The notes under the pieces are model-generated. The model was not told the origin of the DNA, did not search any database, and saw only the letters and a list, made by a program, of their open reading frames with translations. A DNA stretch of 64,000 bases from Eledone cirrhosa (taxonomy: Eukaryota): assembly GCA_964016885.1 (NCBI GenBank), contig OZ024740.1:210366001-210430000 (forward strand), written 5' to 3'. The position numbers and the translations under genes are program-made. Of this stretch, positions 36,446 through 48,009 are shown piece after piece; positions within the stretch are counted from its first letter, which is position 1; every line of letters starts with the position of its first letter.

Positions 36446-39400
36446 TTGTTACCGTACCCCTTTTTTTTCCGTATAAGATTCTTTGCCTGTGTTCTTACAA
36501 TTGTATTTCTATGATTTTTTGTTCACGATCGCCTGTTATTACCTTTATGATTTTTTGTCTTTAATTTTCCGGTGTTTACTCCCCCCTCCCTACGTTTTTC
36601 TGTTTCTTTTTCCCTTCCCCGTCTCTGCCTATCCTTCGCACTCACCCCTTCGTTCACTCCACCCCGCTTCACACCCCCGCCCTCTCATCCCTCCCCCTGC
36701 TTTCACCCAACGCCCATCATGGCCAACCTGAGATCCTTTCTCCACCAACTCCACAATCGCCTCAAACTTTTCCTCACCCCCCCTCCTTCCACCCTGCTAT
36801 CTCCCCTCCACCCTTCAACTCTCCTACCTTCTCTTCGCCAAAACCCGGCACTCCAGCCACATCCATTTCCTCAGCCACTGCCTCCGCCTCCACCTTATCC
36901 CCCTCGGCTTCCGTCTACACTTCCACCCCTCCCCCGCTGCTTCCCCCTCCGCGCAACGTATCCTCACCCGATCCTCACGCCTTCTGATGCGCAACTCCAT
37001 CCGCGCCTCCTGTTCCACCCTCCGCCTACTTGACCACCAACTGACCCCCACCCTCCTCCGCCTTTACTCAACCTGCCACCCCCTCCTCGCCCAAGCCATC
37101 CTCTCCTTCATCCACAACCTCAACCACAACCTCAACCACAACCTCTTCTCGTTCCTCAGCTCCACCAAAGCCCGCAAGCTACACTCACCTCCTCCCTCCT
37201 CCCCCCACCACTTCCCACCTCATCGTCCGCACCCCCCGCACCCCCACCATCTACTTCCTCCCCAAACTCCACAAACCCGACAACCCCGGCCGCCCCATCG
37301 TCTCCGCTTGCAACTGCCCCACCGAACTCATCTCCGCCTTTCTCGACTCCCTCCTCGCCCCCCTTGTCACCACCCTCCCCTCCCACATCTCCGACACCAA
37401 CCACGCCCTGCGCCTTTCCGACTCCTTCACCTACCTACCCGGCCCTCAGCCATTCCTCTTCACCCTAGACATCAAGTCCCTCTATACCGTCATCCCCCAC
37501 GCCGACGGCCTTCGCGCCCTCAAACACTACCTCGACCTTCGCCCCTCCCCCATTCCCTCCACCCCCACCCTCATTCGCCTCGCCGAGCTGGTCCTCACCC
37601 TAAATTGTTTCTCCTTCTCGGGTGAGTTTTACCAACAGGTCACGAGGGTAGCCATGGGCACAAGAATGGGCCCGAACTATGCCAACCTTTTTGTTGGCCA
37701 TGTTGAGGCCCAAATCTTTGCCCAGTACACCGGCCCCACGTCCGAACTGTACGGTCGTTACATTGACGACTGTATCGGAGCCACGACCCTCACCCGAGTA
37801 CAGCTCGACTCCTTTCTCTCCTTCTTCTGCTCCTTCCACCCCTCCCTCCACTTCACCACCTCTATCTCCACCACCCACGTCCACTTCTTGGACATCTCCG
37901 TCGCCTTCGACCCCTCCCACCACTCCCTCGTTACCTCCGCCTTCTTCAAACCCACCGACTCCCACACTTACCTCGATTTCACCTCTTCCCACCCCACCCA
38001 CACTAAACTCTCCATTCCCTACTCCCAACTTCTCAGGATCCGCCGCCTCTGTAGCCGAGATGCTGACTTCGAGTCCCAGGCCCTTTCCGTAGTCAGCCAT
38101 TTCATCCGCAGAGGTTACCCCCCCTCTCTCGTCTACACCGCTCTCACCCGCGCCCGTGCTATCCCCCGCTCCACCACCCTCACCCCACGTCACCGTACAC
38201 CCACTCACCGTCTCCCCTTCCCCATCACCTACCACCCTCCACCTTACCCCTCCACCGCACCATCCGCCGCCTCTTCCGACGCCTCCAGTCCGACCCCTCC
38301 ACCTCCCACATCTTCCCAACCCCACCACTCCCCTCCTTCAAACGCGCACGCAATCTCCGCACCCTCCTCGTCCACAGCTCCCTACCCCCCAACCCACGCT
38401 CCGGTTCCCCCCCGGTTCCTTCCCCTGCTCTAGGCCCCGCTGCAACACCTGTCCCCACATCACCAACACCACCACCTTCCAGGGTCCCAACGGCCACTCT
38501 CTCTCGGTCCGGCATGCCTTCCGCTGCACCTCCTCCAACCTAGTCTACGGACTTCGTTGCACGGAGTGCAGCGCGACTTATGTCGGACAGACGGGACGTC
38601 GCCTGGCGGACCGAGTTACGGAGCACCTCCGGGATATTCGTCTCGGGGGCAGTTCCCCCATCGCCCGCCACTTTGGTGGCCCTGGACACTCCGCACGCCA
38701 TCTCACAGTCTGTGGCCTACTCCAGTGCCACGGAACACCCGCCCATCGCCTTACGGTCGAACAACGCACTATCTTCATCTTACAGACCCACACTCCCCCC
38801 GGCCTGAACTCCCCACCCTTATTCCTTTAGCGTTCGACCGCCCCCTCCCCCCACACTTATCCCCCACTAACACCACTAACACACCCCTCCTTTTCACCGC
38901 CCACCCCACACTAACAATACTAACACCTCCACTCCACCCCTCATCTGACCACCCTTCCCCAACTAACATACTAACATCCCTTCCCTCCCCTCTTCTCCTC
39001 CTCCCCCTCCTTATCACACGCACACACGCACCCACTTACACCACCCATCCTCGCCTCCCTACCATTCCGCCGACTGCTGCTATGCCTTTCCGACCACCTC
39101 TCAGCACCAACTGACCACAGCACTCCCACTGCTGACCACTTCCTGTTGCGCGCGCACCCCACATCTCTCCTCTTCCGGCCACCGCTTCTTGGATTACCCA
39201 CACGCGAAATTGACTTCTAACCAAAATCTCCAAACATCCGTGGAACTTACCAACTTTTCAACCATCCTCTTACACCATCACCTATATAACTCACCCACAC
39301 ACACACCCCAACAAAAATTTTTTTTATCCACACGCCACCCACACCTACAACACGCTTAAACCACACACACGTGCTTCCCACCACATATTTACACCCTCAG

Positions 39401-39982
39401 CCTCCTGATTCCTTTCCCCCCACCCCCCTATCCACACATGCACAGACACTCCGACCCACAAAAACACCCCCCACACACACCTTCCTGAACATGCAACCCC
39501 GTTCTTCCCCCAACCCTCACTTTCACATACACACACACACACACGCACACCTAACCACACACACCACCTTCAGCCCTCCCCGCTCGGACACCCCGTCTCC
39601 CTCTCCCCACTCCACCCGCCACCACCCCTACTCACCCCACACCCTTCCACCACCTGTTTACCCCCCTTTTAATTTCAGTTTATTTTGATCATGCCTTTAT
39701 TTTTAAATTTTCTCATTCCTTGTATTTTGATCATGCTTTATTTTTATTTATTATATTTTTTGTCTTTATTTGTTAATTTTTCATTCGCACCGTTTCCTTT
39801 CGCTATATGTCTCTCCACCACTCCCCTACACACCTTTTGAACTCTGTTCCCACACACTTCTCACCTGAAGAAGGGCTTATGCCCGAAACGTCGTCCCCCA
39901 CCTACCCCCCACTCTCCTGAGCGTGAATTTAATAAACATTTATCGTACTGCCTCTCTGTTCTGTCCCTGCTCAATTTTTCAT
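36445..39982 (+). mobile_element. Penelope-like retroelement (Neptune-like), second copy with internal deletion
   Basis: RT 37654-38433 (MGTRMGPNYANLF, YGRYIDD, HFLDI, KPTDSHTYLDFTSSHP); GIY-YIG 38156-38830; lacks the segment present at ~8830-9500 in copy 1; (TA)n on both sides. Confidence 0.92.
39865..39895 (+). ncRNA. Minimal hammerhead core in the PLE pLTR
   Basis: CTGAAGA-A-GGGC-TTAT-GCCC-GAAA-CGTCG; differs from copy 1 only at the free N7 position. Confidence 0.65.
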
Positions 39983-40126
39983 TATATATATATATATATA
40001 TATATAAGTGTGTGTGTGTCTGTGTGAACGTATAGTATATTTGGCAAACATTTTGAAGACCTTACGCTATTATTTTAAAGTAGTGACTATGTCACTTACT
40101 TCTTTTTTCAACAAAGGAAGGGAGAT

Positions 40127-40170
40127 AAGCTGACAGGTCTATTTCACACTGTTGGTGTTCATCAGAGCTT
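40127..40170 (-). ncRNA. Compact canonical type I hammerhead ribozyme
   Basis: Minus strand AAGCT-CTGATGA-ACAC-CAACA-GTGT-GAAA-TAGACCTG-TC-AGCTT; all three stems pair, GUC cleavage triplet. Confidence 0.8.
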
Positions 40171-40211
40171 AGCACTCGCCGACCTTTGCTGAAAATTATA
40201 GAGGCTGGATT

Positions 40212-40279
<68 letters not shown>

Positions 40280-40299
40280 AATCCAGCCTCTATAATTTT

Positions 40300-40353
<54 letters not shown>

Positions 40354-40373
40354 AATCCAGCCTCTATAATTTT

Positions 40374-40437
<64 letters not shown>

Positions 40438-40959
40438 CACACATATTGGTACTGTAGTATGAGTTTGGTAGAAATATCCAAGAGTAAGAGCACTCAGTCA
40501 TTAGGTGGAGTTAAGTATAATTAATTAAAACAACAAGATATAAAGGTACTTAAGTGTTGTTGGGTTATACACCCTAATTCATTCAGCTTGTTATATAAAT
40601 AAAGATGGCTACCCCCAAATCTTTGGAGGTTTTATAGAAAACACAGGAGAGGTTTCTTATGGCAGGTAATCTATAAATAGACACATCCTTTAAATAATTT
40701 AAAGGGAGATAACTATGAAAAAAATCCCAAATGTGGGCAATTTGTGTAGTGCAAAGTTAACGTTGAAAATTGGAAAAAATACATTTTAAGAATGATTTTT
40801 GCTTCACGAGAACAGTAAACAAAGATGTCGAAGTGTTTCTCGTTTCCCAGTTACCCAGGTGGCAAAATTATGTGGCGCAAACCACACAACAGCTTTATCT
40901 CTAGGTTTTTTTCTTGCAAGATATAGGGCGGTGATCTGGAGAGTAAGTGACACATACAC

Positions 40960-41349
40960 GACCACTTTACAGTGTGGACTGAGTGCTTTTTGTCATGACA
41001 CTTACATGACCACTTTATAGTGTGGGCTAGGTGCTTTTTGTTGTGACATCTACAAGACCACTTTACAGTGTGGACTGAGTGCTTTTTGTCATGACACTTA
41101 CATGACCACTTTATAGTGTGGGCTAGGTGCTTTTTGTTGTGACATCTACAAGACCATTTTACAGTGTGGACTGAGTGCTTTTTGTCATGACACTTACATG
41201 ACCACTTTACAGTGTGGACTGAGTGCTTTTTGTCATGACACTTACACAATCACTTTACAGTGTGGACTGAGTGCTTTTTGTCATGACACTTACACAATCA
41301 CTTTACAGTGTGGACTGGGTGCTTTTTGTCGTGACACCCATACGACCAC
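40960..41349. repeat. 48-bp minisatellite (~8 units) derived from the RTE/SINE subrepeat
   Basis: ACCACTTTACAGTGTGGACTGAGTGCTTTTTGTCATGACACTTACATG, with two alternating variants. Confidence 0.9.
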
Positions 41350-41669
41350 CTGGGTGGGGGAATGGAGATTGAGGAGGTAAATCTATGGGCATGTGTGAAG
41401 GGGCAGAGTGTACTGGCATAGACAGGGTGTTAGATGATGGGAGGTGCAAGAGGGGGAGGAACTTTGATGGAGGGAGGCGTGTTAAGACGTGGGGGGGGGG
41501 GGGGGTAAAGAAGGGCAGATCTGACTGTATAGGAAAGTAGGAGAAAGGGCTATAAATACCATAACTGAGAAAAAAAGGAAGGGAAAAGCAAGGACTATGA
41601 GGTCACAGAAGAAAGTGAGGGGGAGCGGAGAGGACACAATGCCTGGGAAGGGTGGTTTTGGCGCTGCAT

Positions 41670-42066
41670 TCCGCGGACAAAACTGCAAGGCCATTTCCGC
41701 AGACAATGGCCAGCGACACCCGCTGCAACAGCCACCCCACTTCGCAGGGTTCCTTCCTCAGACGGGCTGCTGACAATCATATTTTACGGAGGAGAAGGGC
41801 AGTATGGTATCCGAGGACGCCTGAGGTCTCGACAGAGACCGGTACGAAGAAGAAGCGGTCGGACAAGCCCCGGTATTTGCTTGTCTTCCTGTCCTCTGCA
41901 TTGCGGGCCTCACTACTGGGGTCTGTGGTCGAAGCGACTAAGTTGGAGGTGGAGAACGTGTCACAGCATGTGTCAGCTCAGATGAGGGATTTACCTCCTT
42001 TGAATGGGAAGGGGGTAATTCCGTCGGAGTGCTTGCCGTCTCCATTGTCGAGGTGCTGGCTCCAGT
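41670..42066 (-). pseudogene. CRE-like non-LTR element, 3' fragment (restriction-like endonuclease)
   Basis: Manual translation DGKHSDGITPFPFKGGKSLI*ADTCCDTF...AEDRKTSKYRGLSDRFFFVPVSVETSGVLG...LQRVSLAIVCGN. Confidence 0.75.
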
Positions 42067-42189
42067 TGTGATATAAACCTTACAAATACACCGAACCAAA
42101 ATACACGATCAATGCGACAGAAAGAAAGGGAAACAAAGCCAAAAATAGCCATCAATTCACTACCAAGAGCAACATTCGGCGGCACATAA

Positions 42190-44740
42190 CTAGGATCAAT
42201 GGAATTCTTTTAGGTAAGCCAACAAGCTCGCAGCCTTACTGCGGGTCATGGTGAAGCTAAGGTGGTGAAACGGCCAGGCACTCTCACGGGCATCACCTGA
42301 CACCTCAGTAAGGTGAGCCGCCAACGATGACAAGAACTTCGCTGTCAGCAGCCCAGCTCCACCAAACGTCTCGAACGCCATATCTGGAAATATAATTATT
42401 TGATAGTTACCGATATTTTCGGATTTTATTCCGTTCGGCAATGGAAGCAGTAACCCTTACATTTACCGCGGCAACCATTTTGAAAATTGATCAAAATGAG
42501 TTAAAAGTATCGGGAACTGACAAACCCAGCTCTCTCCACTGTAGTAAAGCTTTATCCATCTTCATGTTAGAAAGTAGAAGATGCCACCCACTAAAAGGGA
42601 GCAGGCGTGAACGAAGGAAAGAAAGCAAGGACAAGCATTTACTCAGGCCGAGACCTTCAAACCGTTTGGGCAAGGAAGCTTGGTCGCGGGACTCTGGAGT
42701 GAGGCGGACATTGATCAGGCCCTTGAGCTCACTGAATATTAGGTCGCCAAAGTATTGGAGAGACAGCAAAATTTGTAAGAAGGACTAACTCTGAAGAAAT
42801 ACAACAACTTAGAGATTGACAAATAATTCCTAACTATAAAAAAAATACCTTGGTACGGTTGAATAACTTCAAGGTTTTTAAAAGTTGTTCGAGGTTAGCC
42901 AACTTAGAACGAAAGATGGACTCGAAAGCTTGATCAGTAACTAGGACTCCAAGGAAGCACCACGCTGATGAGGGTGGAACCGCGATAGAGAAAAAGGACT
43001 CTGTAAACAGGTCAACAGTTTGTTGATGTGAAGTTGGGTGGTTGAGGAGCCAGAGCTGGCATTTGGAACTGTTGACGTGGAGGCCCCTACGAATTATCGT
43101 CTTTGCGGCTGCAAGGACCTTGTCTGGAGGACGCCCAACCAAACGTCATCCAGATACTAGGCATTCAAATCCAGGTCAGCTGCCATCTTGGTGACGTCAT
43201 CAATGCCTAGTGCGAAAAGAGCAGGTCCGAGCGGGTCACCGTGTTGGATCCTTGAGGCAGATATTATGAAATATTGTCACCAATCGAGAGGTAGGAGGGC
43301 TCCCGATAGGCTTGTCAAGCAAAGTGGTAAAGCTGAGGGGTCCTCTCCTTTACTGAACGAGGGATGACATCCCCACTAATGGAATTGAAAGCATTCCTGA
43401 CATCTAGCTTGAGGATAACCTTGTGGGTTTCAGAAAACAAGTTGGTAAATGCTCTGGTGGTGTGAGCGGCAGCCTCACAGCCCAACATGCTACCCATCCC
43501 TAGCTGAATCAGGGAAAATTCGACGGACACGCAGTCAAAAATCGAGGAGAGATATACTTTCGCTGTGAGCTGTCGCAGTGTGCACCCAATTGCTAAGGAG
43601 CGGAGGTCACCATTGGGCTTTGTGAGGACAAACAGTTTAGACCCAAAGAACAAGGGCGAATAAGGGAGAATACTCTCAGACAAGAACAGGTTAATGAACT
43701 GGGTGATGTTTCCAACAGCTCAAGGCCGGCATCTCCGGTCGACAAGAAGACACCATCCTTGAAGTGCTAACGTCGTAGACCATCAATCCCAGCACCAGAG
43801 CCCGTCGGAAAGGATATGATCGCCTCTTGACGTTATCTGGGGTAAAGACCGGTTGTAAATAACATAGTGGATCGGGCTAGTGTAAGTGGAGGGGCCGGAG
43901 GATGTCTTACTCTCAGTTGGTTGAGTGAATATATAGTGCACTGGGCGAGGGATGACAGAGAAGAGAGGAGGCAAACAGTCCCTTTAATATTAAATTCATT
44001 GAATTAGGCGTTGACGGCCTTCTTTAAGTTCGGTGATCGTCCATTGGTTGCAACTGAGAAGAGAAGTAGTTGGGGTTGAATCAAACAACTCGAACTGTCA
44101 TTTCAGGGAGGATGTGAGTAATCCGGATTTCGCGTTGGATACGTGGAGAGAGATTAAGGGGAACAAGAATAGTTTCTGCCAATCCGAAATGTTGTTGGAT
44201 AGGCAAACATTCTTCAGCAGCTTGGAGAGAGTATGGACGAAACTGGTCCGAGCTCCCTTTGGGATTCTGTTGATGAGTTTCAACTTAAACTCGCCTTGGA
44301 GGGCAGCGGCAAAATCGTCAACAGGGATCTGAACGTCTGAGTTAGGTTCTGACCTCCAATATAAGTCGGAGCTGAAGTGACATTGGTTTCACGTCTGGTT
44401 TGAAAAATTTCGGCATTAGAATTAGGATTCAGACGGGGAGGAGAAGTTGGTGGGGGTAAGGTAACTATAGAGGTAGAGGGAGGAATCAGGCGAACAGCAT
44501 TAACTCTGGCTTTAGGGCTCGGTTGGGGGAAAGGTGACGTTGGAGGCAAGCTAGATATTACGGGAGTGGTGGGTGAATAAAGGGATGAATAGGGCTAATT
44601 TCGATTGAATCCGATGATGGAGGGGGGATAGGCGGATACAAGTTAGCTCCCCTGAAATGAGGTGGAGTGGTGGGGAACGGGGGGACAAAGGCTGATAGGA
44701 TGTTACGAAACCGACCAACAATGTTAAATCTACCATTGGA
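42190..44740 (-). mobile_element. CRE-like non-LTR retrotransposon, heavily decayed
   Basis: RIPKGAR; FFGSKLFVLTKPNGDLRSLAIG.TLRQL.AK; QLGMG...GCEAAAH; LKLDVRNAFNSI; GDPLGPALFALGI; YLDD; QASLP.RF.GLGL; AFETFG. Confidence 0.8.
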
Positions 44741-44779
44741 TGGGCATGTAAAAGGGATGCATGTGTAACGGAATTATCC

Positions 44780-45400
44780 TGTTTTACCGGGCGGAGATTC
44801 GAAACCGAATCTGAGGGTTCTCGCCTCTAAAACCACCTATTGTTGGGAGTTTCCCACCATTGTCCTGTCAAGAGACAACTATGATAAACGTATATACCAG
44901 TTGACCTGTGACTCTAGCTCCTTGACAGATGAAACACACGTGGCTACTCATAAATCAACCCATATACACATCCTTCTAGCTATAGGGTTATTATAAATAC
45001 AAGTACTTAGGGAATCGACCAGAGGGACCGAAGCAGCCGTCCGTGAAAGATTACGATGTAGCATATTCACGTTCTACAGACCTTTTACCCTGTCTCTCTC
45101 CTGGCCTTACAGGCTCTCATATTTCATACCCGCTCGGCAGATTGACCAACTGCAGGAACAACGTAACTTAAGGACAAACAAACACAAACACACACGCAGT
45201 AGGTTTACTTATGTTTTTCCCTAATCTTTCGTCTTCCTGTTATTTCGCTTCTATTATATTGTTGTATTAATACATGCATACATGCTAGCTCGAAGAAGCT
45301 AGTCAGCAAATAATGTGATAATTGCTGTCACGATTTTATTACTAGATATTCCATGTACCAACAAGTGACTATTGTTATTGTAAAATAAACATTGTCAACA
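44780..45400 (+). mobile_element. Solo LTR
   Basis: TGTT...AACA termini, TATAAATA at ~44992, AATAAA near the 3' end; homologous to 46985-47642; no TSD seen. Confidence 0.7.
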
Positions 45401-46163
45401 TCACAATTCTGGCATTATTCTTTTTATCATTCAGAGAAATAGATTCTGTATTTGTGGGGAAATGTATGCAAGATGTTAAGATGAATGTTGTGTGTAAACA
45501 TTTAAAACAGGAAATTCAATAAGAGAGTAAAAACTGCAAAAATAGAACAGTGAGGCACTAAAACATTGAAGAGAGGAATTTGAAATTGGAAAAGGAATTT
45601 TGAAATGTACCAAAAACGAGGAAATGTGTGTGAAATGTTGAAATGGATGTTGTGTGTGTGTAAACATTTAAAACAATAAATTCGATAAAAGTGCTAAAAT
45701 TAGAACTGCGAGATATTAAAATATTGAAGAAAGGAACTTCAAAAAAAATCCTGAGATGTACCAAAAACAGTGGAAGAATATATATATATATATATATATA
45801 TCATAGATTCACGAAACGCGTGTTAGGTGTGATTACGAACAAAATGTTAAACTGAAACTTGGATCTCTCAATCCTAATATATATTTCTTTTCGGAACTCG
45901 CCCCCTTTCAGTTCCGAAAAGAAATATAGTGTGCTAAAATGAAAAGAATTTCATCTTGGCATTAAACTGGGGTTTGGAGCAGCCGCCCAAAGAGTCCTTT
46001 TCCAATTCAAGATGGTATGATGTGACCTAAAGAAATGTGGCTGCTATTTCGAACAGGTCAAGCCAGTAGCGTAGCTGGAGTGTGTGTCGCCTGGGTCAGC
46101 CCTTCAGTTTACCGCCCCACAAAAAATACATATTGCTCACTGACTCACTCTTCAAGGTATACA

Positions 46164-46267
<104 letters not shown>

Positions 46268-46309
46268 TACATATATATATATATTAACTAGTCTGTGTAA
46301 AATTATAAT

Positions 46310-46984
46310 ATTATGCTGCAGCATTAAAAGAACTCTCTCTTATAGCCTACAGCAGACCCAAATGTGCCGCCCCCATAGTATCGGAGCTATGATCTCTCAA
46401 ATAATAGACTACATCAAAATATCCCAATACAAATTATAAGGCCTTTAACCAACACCACAATTCCAGAAGCCATGCCTTCATCGAATCGTGTTAAATATTC
46501 TTATAAAAAGCGTCACGTGAATAAAGGCAACATAGTTAACACCACTGATGCAATAGGCCGCACGGACAATGCTGAGAATGATGTCGTTAAGAATTCGGAT
46601 CTTACAACTGATCCTGTCAGCGATAGTCTGGAATGTGAATTGAAATGGGCTTAATTACCGTTGGTGGGGACACTAAGGCTCAATATGTTATCAAACCCTT
46701 CCTAATACGTTTAAAGACAGCTACAACTGTAAAATTAAAAGGAATTTTCCGCTAAAGGTTAACTCTCCACTGAAGGTTAACAACATAGTATACAAGTGTA
46801 AACTAATAACTAAGAATAAAACTGATAAGTATGATTACCAACTCCTTAAAAACGATTCTACTTGTATTCGAAGTCTTTTAGAATCAGTGGAGTATCATAC
46901 AATGGACTAAACCCTTTGAAGACAGGCACAAGGAATGTCCGTTATGTTGTCTTATGGCTACAAGTCTATAAGGGAATACTCCTA
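46310..46984 (+). pseudogene. Highly decayed Naiad-like PLE GIY-YIG remnant
   Basis: Fragments YNCKIKRNFPLK, VNNIVYKCK and KECPLC resemble ORF 18493-19017. Confidence 0.45.
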
Positions 46985-47642
46985 TGTTTTACCGGCGAAG
47001 ATTCGAAACCGAATCTGAGATTTCTCGCTTCTGGGACTATCTATCGTTGGAGGTTCTCACCATTGTCTTGTCAAAGACAGCGATGATAAATGTACATTCC
47101 ACTTGACCTGTAACCCCAGCTTCTTGGGAGACAATAACCACATGGCTGATCATAAATCAACCTCATATATCCATCCTTCTAACTTTAGCACTTATAAATA
47201 CAAGGAGTTAAGGAACCCAAAGGTCATATTCGAAGCGGCAGTCAGCAAGCGATAAGCGATGTAGGCATTAGCAGACCTTTCACTCTATCTTTCTCCTGGC
47301 CCTTACTGGCTTCTACCTTCTCAGCCACCGACACAACCAGACAGTCAGCCATGCCTGCCTGACAGATTGACCACTATTACTATGAGAATAATATATTCTA
47401 AGAATAGGCACACACACACATAGTAAGTTCATATTGTTTGCATTATACTCTCATCCTATTCTTCCTCTCATATTGTATCTGTAAGACACAACACAACTTT
47501 TACATCATCGTCTTCTCTGATACATGCATTCACGCTAGCTCGTAGCAAGCTAGCAATTTAATGTAGCGACGGTTCATGTCGTAAATTATATTATTCGATG
47601 TGCAAATCGAATATTGTTATTGTAAAATAAACGTTGTTAACA
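46985..47642 (+). mobile_element. Solo LTR, related subfamily
   Basis: TGTTTTACCGG...GATTCGAAACCGAATCTGAG start, TATAAATA, AATAAA...AACA end. Confidence 0.7.
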
Positions 47643-48009
47643 ACTCAATCATGGCATTGTAGTGGAACTACGTCGTACCTCGCAATAGCAACATTTTCAT
47701 ATGCAATAAGGTTAAACTGACCAATGGTTAAGCGCGTATGAATACATGGTCACTCTCTCTCTCTGGTGAAAAACCACAGTACACGGGAGACCAGGAGATG
47801 ACTACGGAAGTATGAAGAATTATTACAGAATGACTCCTACTATATTCCTTTCGACAATAAAAATTATATTGATGCGTTGAGCGCCGATATTTGATAGATC
47901 TGTGAAAAGTTGAGATTCGAACTGCTTACCACGGTCTGTAGTTATAGTAGTAGGAACTCCGTAGCGCGATATCCATCCTGAAACTAGGGCTCGCGCTACT
48001 GATTCACTT

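Noticed and set aside
40960-41349. CRISPR-like array or repeat protein (KWSCKCHDKKH)
   Set aside because: Contiguous 48-bp units with no unique spacers, eukaryotic context; the ORF is a by-product of the unit length.
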